Shown here: positions 47,401 to 55,899 of the stretch, piece by piece
Numbering within the stretch: the stretch's first letter is position 1
How the letters are laid out: each line of letters opens with the position of its first letter
Assembly (NCBI GenBank): GCA_964036045.1
Contig: OZ038378.1
Coordinates: 23,002,001 to 23,066,000, forward strand
Origin: Eutreptiella sp. 'Long Island Sound 2002'
Lineage: Eukaryota; Protista; Euglenida
Reading direction: 5' to 3'
Length of the DNA: 64,000 nucleotides
Notes under the pieces: model-generated
What the model saw: only the letters and a program-made list of their open reading frames with translations
What the model was told of the DNA's origin: nothing
Database searches by the model: none
Position numbers and translations under genes: made by a program

Positions 47401-50400
47401 GCACATTGGCCGCCGGCAGCCCCAAATCAAAAACAGACCATATCTTGGGCTACGTGGCTCAAAACGCGATTTCGAGCGCACCCAATCCACCCGCAACCAG
47501 CCACTTTAAGTGGTTTTCACCCCTGAAAACTGCCCTACCCGACGCCTAGACCCCCGTACCTAGGCCTAGTGGGCCGCGGAATGCTGCAAGAGGTAGCCCA
47601 AAGAGGTGGGTGACAAAATGGGTCAACAAGGTCCACCGGGTGCAAAAAGGAAAGGGGTACTTTTTTCAAAAAATGATCCTGGACCACATGGAATGCCAAA
47701 ACAAATGTTTTTGGTGCGTTTTGAGCTCGTGGTGGCCCGTTTTGCCCCTCCTATAGTCCCAAAATGCCTTGAAAATGAATGGGCCGTTTTGCCATTGCAA
47801 GCCATTTTGGCCCCTCCAAAGTCACAAAATGCCTTGAAAACGGGTTGTTTTGCGACCAACATTGGGTCAAAAATGGGTCAACAATGTGTGTTTCCAAAAA
47901 AATCATCCTAGCTCATTTGGGGTGCACAAACAGGTGAGATGAGCCCATTTTAAGCTCATTGCAAGCCATTTTGGCCGCTGCAGAGTCACAAGATGCCTTG
48001 AAAACGGGCTGTTTTGCGACCAAAAATCAATCAAAAATGGATCCAAAATGTGTGATTTCCAAAGATAATTTTGGACTATCTGGGGTGCACAAACAAGTGG
48101 AATGAGCCCATTTGGAGCCCATGTGGAGCAATTTTGGCCCCTCTCAAGGCCGAAAGGGCCTTGAAAATGGGCCAATTTGGGACCACAAATGGCTCAAAAA
48201 CGGGTCAAAACCATGGTTTTCCAAAAATGATCCTAGTTCAGTTGTGGTGCCCAAACGGATGAATACAGCTCATTTTGAGCCCCTTTTGACCCGCTCTCAT
48301 CCACTTTCCAATGCGTACCTCATTTGTCGTTGAAGTCTCCTAGACGATGTTCCCTCCCCCACTAGCTCGATCGCAGTATTCAATCCTCGTTACGGTTAGT
48401 GTTAGGGCTAGGGGTAGGGGTAGGTGTAGGGTTAGGACTAGGCTGAGGGTTGGGGTGGGCGTTGGGGTGGTCAAGGTTGGGTTTAAGGATAGCGTTGGGG
48501 TGCAAAGTGGACAAAAATTTCCTTTGGGCGCCTTTGGGGCCCATGCAGCGTCAGGCGCCTTTGACGCCCATGGACTCCTAAGGGTGGCACCTTTGGCAAC
48601 TAGCTGTTGGCCGGAGGCCCCCTCAGGGGGGGGGGGGGGGCGGGGAGGAGGGGTAGTTGGCGTCCTAGGACCCGCGGAGTGGACCCCAGGGATACCAGCA
48701 TGATGCATGTATGTTTACATGATACGTGACAAGTATACACGCTCCTCTGCCAAGCTCCTTGTTGGTTTGACAGCTTATGCACGGCAAAATGTTGAACTAC
48801 ATTTTACGTCCTATTTTACGGCCTGCGGGTGTGTGTGACCATGGTCCAATTTCTGGAGCTTTTTCTGTAAAATTTTAGGGCGCTTCCGCTGTACAAATTT
48901 CATGGCACTTCCGCCATAAAAATCAGTTGTTCCTAAACCCCTATCTTTTCCAAGAAACCTGATTTCAACATTTCAAGAAAGCCCACCGAGCAACTCACGC
49001 GTGCATACCTTTTCTTACCTTTTCTTTCCTCTGCTGTCATTTATCACTTCCGCCGTAAAAATTCTGGCCAAAAAAGAAGGATATTGGTGGAATACGGGGC
49101 TAGGGACCTTGGGACGCAAAAAGGGGCGACAGTGTGCTCAACGCGCGCACAGCACTCCCACAAAGCATGCAAATAGTGCACCCCAAGTGCATGTGGGGGG
49201 GTGGGGGGGCATGAGTGCGTGAGTGAGTCAATGCACAAGTGAGCGAGTGAGTGGGCGAGTGACAGGGAAGAGAGGGGGAGGCAGGGATGGAGGGAGCAAG
49301 GGAGGGATAGTTGCACTGCGGCTTCACGTGGTATGTTGTCCTGCGCCCAGGGGTGCATGGGGGTTGGGGCATCCGGGTTGTGTTAGTTGTGCTTCAAATA
49401 CAGGTGGGGGGGCTGCTTTCATGCAGGGATAATTGCGCCGGTAAAAATATACGACGCCCGCGCCTGCGCTTGATCTAACAACCTCTCTTCGAGGTGATTT
49501 CGCCATCCTTGCAAACCCTGAAGCTCACACTGCCTCACGCACACACTGCACTGCCAACACCCTTAGATTTCGCCAGGGGAAAATTTGCCATCTTCCTTGA
49601 CAAGAAATCTGCCAGCGAAATTATCCCTGCCTGAAATTAAACCCCCCCCCGTGTATTTTTTCAGCGGCTGCTGCACACTGGTGTGCCATTCGCACCATCT
49701 CCCTCTACTAGATGTCTGCAGTCAGAGCGTGAACAGCCTGCTGCACTGTGGCAGCAAAAAGATATGCATTGTGCGTGAAAAAAATTCGGCCGCACTGTGG
49801 GCGCAAAAAGACCTGCTGCAGAGCGTGTGTCCTGCCAGCACAGACGTACTCAGTCCACTGTGCTCACAGGTGCCTTCACCTTGCATCCCCACAAACAACT
49901 CCGTCACATCGTTGGCTGCTGCAGTGAGGTAGCGAAAAGAGCAGCTGCACTTTGGCAGCAAAAACCCCAGCAGTTCTTTGGCAGACGGCTGGCTTTGTAC
50001 CAACAATGAGGCCATGGCTATTTAGGTTGTATGCTGATGAAAGCGACCCACAGGAGAGTTGTTGCCATCAAGCACAGGGCACCACCTCTCAGCCAGGGGT
50101 GTGTTTCCAGGATTGTGTTGTCCCAGCGTGCCCATCATGCACAGGGGACACTGCTGACAACATGCTCAAGAGGGCTAAAAGGGCACGGGAGGGGGGGGGG
50201 GGGTCGGAGGAAGAGATTCTCGGGGTTCCCATCACGCCACAACCCCACCACACCACTGAAGGAAGCCTACATCAGGGAGGGTCAAAAATGGCAGGGGCTG
50301 AAGAGACCCGTGGGGCGTAAAGCAAAACAATCCAGCACCTGCATCAGGATGTTGTCCAATGCCACATTCTTGACTGCACACACCAGCACCTTCTTACGCT

Positions 50401-53400
50401 GCATGACCATCAGCCGGCACAGCTCTGCTGCCACGGTAGTCTTACCCGTGCCAGGTGGGCCCTGCACCAACGTTAGCCCCTGCGATGCACTCTGGAGCAC
50501 CGCCTCAGCCTGGCTGGCGTTCAGGCTGTGCCGGGTCTGGCGTAGCAGGCGTTCCAGGTACCAACGGTCCGCAATTGTCCCAGCCTCCGGCACTGCACTG
50601 AGATCTGTGCCTGGCAGTAGCAGCTCCGCCATCCCCTTGGGTGCAGTCACGATCTGGAGCAGGGACTTGAGGAGGCCCTCCATGTCGCTGTAGCCCTGCA
50701 GCGGAGGGTAGGCTGGGTAAGGGGGGGCACACTAGCAGCGGCGAGTGCGCCAGCAGAAGAAAAAAAGAGCACCAGATTGGGAGGAACGCACGCAGCAAAG
50801 CAACTGGGAACAAGGCCGCCCCACACACAATGGCGAGACGAGCCTCAGCAAGACGCAGAGCGATGCACATGGGGACCACGAGGAGCAAGCACCGCAGCAA
50901 CCACCAAATGCGGCGGACGCCGAGCAGGCCATCAGTAACCAGGCCCCCCCGTCCCCCCACGGGTGCCCGCAAACTCCACAAGGGCGGGGGCTGTGCCCCA
51001 CGCGCCAGGTGGTGCCCGCCACGGGGGTGGGCAATAGGGCCGTGACTAGCCCACTGCGCACGAGGGACAGTCAACGTCGTGCGGAAACGTGAAATCCTCG
51101 TGGGGGGGGGGGGGGCAGGCGGGTGGGACAGGAGTGGGTGCGCACAAGGGGCACCCAGGAGCGCCAACAGGCAGGGGAAGGAGCAACACAGCCACACAGA
51201 ACGCGGGAGCCACACCAGGAGGGATGAGGGCGAGTGCAGCAGACAAGGAGGAGGGGGGCAGCGAGGCATGGGAGGCAACCAGGACAGCGGAAATAGGGAA
51301 CCAGAAAGCAGAGGATGGGAGAGCATGCGCATGGGGGGCAGCGACAACATAGGGGATGGCCTAGCCAGCCAGCCCCGCCGCTACCGGGTGCTAGGGCAAC
51401 CCCTGCTCAACCGGCATCAGGTGGGGGTTGTCTCCCGCAACCCAGATGGGTTTTTTGCGCAGTAGGAGGGGGAGCCCACAAGGGGCACACCAGCCATGAG
51501 GGGGAAAGGGAGGACAAGGCCCCCCTAGCCCACACCTCACACCAACACCAGCAACCCACCGAGGGGCGCCCAGGCCCCCCGCACCCCACCTAGGGTCCCC
51601 CAGGCCAACCCAGTGTACCCCTGCACCACCATTTCGCAACAGAGGAACAGTGGCTGTTGAGGAGACCTAGTGTCCCCATAGGGTGGTAGGCCAGGAGATC
51701 GGACCTTTAGTGGCCCCCTGAGGATCTACGTGAAATGGTGAGTGCACACAGGGGATGGGGCACCTAGAGGGGTCTGCCCGTGCCCAGGGGACCTAGCACC
51801 CAGTGGGCCACCACTGGGCCCCTGAGGTGTCCTGCGGAGCCACCGGTGCGCGCAGGGGATCAAGCACCAGGGTGCCAACCCGGGGGCCTGCAGCATGCAG
51901 CCTATGTCCGTCCACGCTCAAGGGACCTTGCACCCAGGGGGCCACCACTGTCCCTTGATGTGTTCTGTGGAGCCACCAATGCACGCACACAGGGGATCAG
52001 GCACCCAGGGAGCCAACCCTGGCCCCTTGCGGCACAACGCCGTTGTTCGTCTGTGCCCAGGGGATCCAACACCCAGTGGGCAACCACCGGGGCCCTGAGG
52101 CACCCTGTGGAAAGGAATGGTGGGCTAGGCAAGGGAAGGAACCTTTGACAAAACCGGGGTGGGCAGAATCAAGGATGACGGCGCGGTCAAAGTGCAGCGT
52201 AAACCACCCGGGACACCATGCAGTGGCGCACGCCACCCGCGTCAACCATAACCAACAAGGAATGCGCCCTGCGTATGCGGGACCCACGGAGTGGGGGAGC
52301 GTATGTGGTGGGCGGCGGCGACAACGCATGGAGGAGCAGGGCACCTGGGCCTCACGCACACGGAAACGCAGCGAGGCAGGTTGTGGACAGCCTGAGGACG
52401 GAGGGTGGACAGGAAAACCAGTCAAACGACCCCCGCAACAACCAGCACAAGCCTAGTACGCCAACTACTGGGCGCCGCTAACACGCAAACGGCACAGCAT
52501 GCCACATCCATCACAGCACCAGCACACCAACCACTGGGCTCCGCGAACGCAGAAACGACACCAGCAGGAGCCCCGGCCGCAGCAGCCGACAGAAAGCAGC
52601 GACCCGACGCAACATGCGAAAGGAAGAACGGGTGACTGTCCAGGGCAACAACAACCAGACGGAATGTCACACAGGGGGGGGGGGGGGGACGGGGATGCAG
52701 CGATGAAACGCACCAGAAGAAGTTGGGTCCGCCCCGACTTGGTAGCATAAGCGACAGGAATCAGGCAAGGAAAACAATAAGAACGGCAAGAAACACGAGT
52801 GGTAGGAACGCAGTCAAACATTGTCGGGACGGGCGTTGTCAACAATCGCTTCAATTTCGCGTCCCAAATGCCAGAAGAAACAAATAGCCCCTGCAGCTAA
52901 GTCTACACAGCAGGGATAAGCGGAAAGCCTGGGACCCAGATCAACGATTAGCCTGTGCAAGGGACCAATCGCAACAGTCGAAACAGCTCCCTCCGATCCA
53001 ATCCTATCCAGTCCCACCCTGACAAAGGATGGATCAGCTCTCTTTCGGTGGTAAGGCGCATCAACGATGTGCGGCCCATTGCTCAATCTTGTGCTCATAC
53101 CTTGCCAATGTTCTTGGGCTGTTGGAGGACTTCTGCTGAAGGGCTCGGATGTTAATCTTGCACTATTTGATGTGCCGTGTTCTGACCTGGACGTTTGTTC
53201 ATGTTCGGCCACGTAAAGCAGCCTTTCATGGGATGCAGTGTTGTTTTTGAGATGGACGCAACTCGACCAAACACTTAAGACCGGTTGGGGAGACACAGGT
53301 AAGGAGGAGAGGAGGGGAGGGAGGGGAATGCCTGCATCTGCACCACCATCGGTGCGCTGCCAGCATCAGGTCCCCTCTGCCACTCTCTGAATGCTGCAGC

Positions 53401-53634
53401 ATCAGAGGCAGGAACCGTCACCAGCCCCATACGGTCCTTGAAGATTTTTGCAGACCAGGCCGGGTGCTGATCGTCGGGCCGTCCCACAGAGATGCCTTCG
53501 CCTGACCGCAGTCGCGGCGGCAGGCTGTCGAAGCGGAGCTGGATTGGACCCTCGTCCTCTGTCACGTCCTCGAAACGGGCATCATAGATCAGGAGCCCAA
53601 GGGAGCACAAGGCGTCAACATCGGCAGGGTCCAC
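34572..53634 (-). CDS. UPF1-like superfamily 1 helicase (DNA2/NAM7/Upf1 group), 5'-incomplete; exons 53634-53332, 50695-50339, 38585-38328, 36974-36462, 35405-34572
   Basis: Q motif LNASQAEAV, Walker A QGPPGTGKTT, Ia VCAVKNVALDNI, II VIMDEVSQ, III VGDQNQLPP, LDVQYRMHPAI, ISPYQGQ, V TIDSFQ|GR, VI KRLNVMMTRAQ. All four introns are phase 0 with AG acceptors. Confidence 0.92.
36217..36427. repeat. 211-bp dispersed repeat, copy 1 (helicase intron 4); GGTCC...GGACC ends
   Basis: About 95% identical by eye to the reverse complement of 52726-52936. Confidence 0.9.
36462..36974 (-). CDS. Helicase exon (motifs III-V)
   Basis: ctgcag|tcgaag ... tttcag|gtccag; GDQNQLPP, QYRMHP, TIDSFQ. Confidence 0.93.
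37690..37920. repeat. Degenerate GT-rich minisatellite (gtgtgcag/gtgcgcag)
   Basis: Seen directly in the sequence. Confidence 0.6.
38328..38585 (-). CDS. Helicase exon (Walker B, DEVSQ)
   Basis: gtgcag|gtgctg ... ttgcag|gttgtt. Confidence 0.9.
39345..40340. repeat. One forward (~39345-39560) and two inverted (~39830-40040, ~40120-40340) copies of a ~210-bp unit
   Basis: cacaagcccaacgagatccagct...ccagtcgcaccgcagtgcac...aatttcttgtttcc is matched by reverse-complement copies. Confidence 0.75.
40817..41576. mobile_element. hAT-type MITE nested in the foldback arm
   Basis: CAGGG...CCCTG termini with a ~38-bp imperfect TIR; 8-bp TSD ctttcggc/gttttggc. Removing it restores the arm consensus caaggccctttcggccttgagagggg. 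Confidence 0.7.
42681..47453. repeat. Three near-identical tandem 1591-bp units (42681-44271, 44272-45862, 45863-47453)
   Basis: Identical ORF-track entries are offset by exactly 1591 bp; the junction ctacGTGtggttgtcc uses a GTG microhomology. Confidence 0.95.
49395..49665. mobile_element. Small MITE with ~50-bp imperfect TIR
   Basis: aatacagg..ggggggg....tttcatgcagggataatt ... aattatccctgcctgaaa....cccccccccgtgtatt. Confidence 0.55.
50339..50695 (-). CDS. Helicase exon (Q motif, Walker A)
   Basis: ctgcag|ggctac ... atgcag|gtgctg; GPPGTGKT. Confidence 0.93.
51770..52110. repeat. Degenerate tandem repeat (gtgcccagggga...cacccagtgggc..ccac.gggcccctgagg) in helicase intron 1
   Basis: Recurrent blocks near 51780, 51925 and 52055. 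Confidence 0.55.
52726..52936. repeat. 211-bp dispersed repeat, copy 2 (helicase intron 1), inverted relative to copy 1
   Basis: See 36217-36427. Confidence 0.9.
53332..53634 (-). CDS. Most upstream helicase exon found (pre-helicase beta-barrel-like region)
   Basis: caccag|gtggac acceptor; 303-nt open frame LGLLIYDARFEDV...WSAKIFKDRMGLVTV; probable GC donor (atgcag|gcattc), although in-frame GT donors lie 9-12 nt upstream. Confidence 0.65.
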
Positions 53635-54669
53635 CTGGTGGGACAGTGGCAGGGTACGTAGGTGGCCGCATGATGTTGTTGATCAGACGTGGAATGGGTG
53701 GGGAGGTGTAGGTGTAAAGGGGATGTGCAGAAGGGTGTATCTGGGGAATTGGTTGGTGTCTGTGGGTGTGAAAGGCGGACGTGGAGAGTGAATGCAAGGG
53801 CACTCAGTAGGTCCTGGGGTGGCTGGCGGTGAAGGGGCTGAGAGTGTTTGCAGCAGGGGAGGGTGGGTGTGAAAGGGGTCCAGGCGGGGGTGAGAGCAGG
53901 TCTCAAGGGGTGGGGGTGGGGGTGAAGCGTGAGGGTAGGTGCGGGGGTGGGGTGGCTGGGTGTGAGGCAAGGGCAAGGGGCCGCGGAGGACCCTGACCCA
54001 GAGCCAGAAGGTGTGGGGTTTAGAGACCAGGCCATGGCAGGATCACACTGGGCCCTGGGGATTGTCTTTTATTGGGGTCGCTGAACGGGTCACGGTACCC
54101 CCAGGGCCCCAGGGCTACTGGACGACTCAAGCCCCTAGGGCAACACCACTGCCACCACTGCCAAACCAGGTGTGGGGACGGACACAGTGGCTGCATACAG
54201 TGTGTGCGTGTGTGGGTGTGTGTGGGTGTGTGTATGTGTGTGTGTGGGTGTGTGACGCCCAATCATTTCAATGAAAGCAATAGCATTCGCTATGATACAC
54301 CACCTCTCTGCAGCCCTGTTCGCACTGCAACAATGTTGGGTATCTCCCCCCGTTGTGGCCTTTCCTCCCTCTCCACACAACAGCAAGACTATGGGGGAAA
54401 CAAACGCACCGCGCGCACCGCACATAGCACCGCGCGCTTGTTTTTGCGTTGCTGTTTTACGCACTTCTGGCTGATTTTCAGTGTCGCAGAAACGCGGTGG
54501 CTTCAGGGGTTCACATACAACAAGGGAGGCCTCCACTCCATCCTCCTCACCATTGCAATGGTGGTTGTAGCTGCCCACACCCCCTGCCGGGGGGGGCCGT
54601 TGAGCTCAAAGAGACCTCCTCGGCACGGCCCACCACCGAAGAGGGTGCCCCGCATGGGTGCCCAAGCCT

Positions 54670-54870
54670 GCGGAGCATTCGTTTCGACATGTTTCGCGTA
54701 TCGAACCTCACGGGGTATCAATTCCCGCAAGGTGGCCCATAGGGTGCCCAATCCCATGAAGCGTTCGTTTCGACACGTTTCGCGTTTCGAACCTCACAGG
54801 GTGCTCCTTCCCGTGAGGTGCCCCATAGGGTGCCCAATCCTATGAAGCATTCGTTTCGAAACGGGGTGCT
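54670..54870. repeat. ~85-bp tandem repeat, ~2.5 copies (gcattcgtttcga..cg.ttcg....cgaacctcac.gg..cccatagggtgcccaatcc)
   Basis: Seen directly in the sequence. Confidence 0.7.
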
Positions 54871-54889
54871 CATTCCCGTAACGTGTCCA

Positions 54890-55360
54890 TCAGACGGAGT
54901 CCTCGTCCTCATCAGAAGTGAGGGACGTGCCCGACATTGATTCCGTGTCGGATGATTCCGAATCTAACGCCGGAGGCATGGTTGCCTTTGGCTGGCCGAA
55001 GATCTCTGGCGGAAAGTGATCCCATTCTCCGTAGGGCTCATATCGCACGTTGCGTGCGTTCAGGAGTTGTTGGATGTGCGCCACGGCTCACACCATCCAA
55101 TGCAATTTATGCATCCGGTCAGGCAAAGAAGCCCCATACTTCCGGAAGGTGTCGCAGCAGACTCCCCAGCAATGCAACTGCGTCAGCACATGCTCCGAAC
55201 GTGCCAGCATCAAACTGTGCCCATCATTGACCTTGGTCTTCCACTCAAGCATGTCTTGCTTCTTGGGCTTTGGGTAGGGAGCGATCCAAGGTCATGACAA
55301 ACTTGATGTCCCGTAGCCGCTCCCGCTTAGCCTTTTGACGATCACGATGTTGGGGCATTG
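54890..55360 (-). pseudogene. Small decayed ORF (basic N-terminus, acidic C-terminus)
   Basis: MPQHRDRQKAKRERLRDIKF..[frameshift]..DMLEWKTKVNDGHSLMLARSEHVL...WMV*AVAHIQQLLNARNVRYEPYGEWDHFPPEIFG...DEDEDSV*. Confidence 0.4.
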
Positions 55361-55899
55361 CACAAGAATAGCAAAAAAAGAGATGTGAGCTGTAATGCAA
55401 AGGACCAAAGGAGTGAAGGTAGCCAATCTGAAAAGTAGGATTCAGCACCTTGGTTTCTGCGGTGCTGGGCTTACAACTCCACACCCATCATCGTCAGGGG
55501 CAACGGTCTCCAGTGTGCCTCCCCTTGCCGAAGGAGGTGGGTGATCACAAATTTTTGATCCCGCTGCCCTCCCACAAGCTCTACTTATGCTTGTGGGAGA
55601 GTGGTGTTTACAGCCCGCAGTGACTAAATGAAAAAATGGTGGGTTAATAAAACAACGCGCACCAAACCGTGAGCACCGCGCGCGCACCGCACATAGCACC
55701 GTGCGCACCGCGCGTTCGTTTCCCTCTATATACAAGGTTGGCATCCCTACCACGCACTGCAGCCCACACATGCATGCACCACTCCTTGCGCAGGGGCTCC
55801 CACGGACAAGTGCACGGCGATTGATTGACCAATGCAACGCTTCGGTTGTGGACTCGGTTGTCATAGAAGAAGCCGTCTCTTTGCCCTTGGTCCGCAGCT

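Larger units (their letters stand above)
40570..48390. mobile_element. Foldback-like element with long modular inverted arms and a tandemly amplified centre, inside helicase intron 2
   Basis: 40570-40815 is the inverse of 48140-48390, and 42060-42890 is the inverse of 46910-47760. Many ~75/190-bp subrepeats (catttttgacccatttttgaccc). No coding capacity recognised. Confidence 0.75.

Noticed and set aside
42500-48350. Many 60-146 aa ORFs repeated in the 1591-bp units
   Set aside because: They occur on both strands of non-coding repeats, show no recognisable domains and have biased composition; they are repeat artefacts.
18694-53634. Euglenid non-conventional (non GT-AG, stem-forming) introns
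   Set aside because: All reconstructed junctions fit GT(GC)-AG, and the +4..+6 CAG / -8..-6 CTG pairing is not consistently present.
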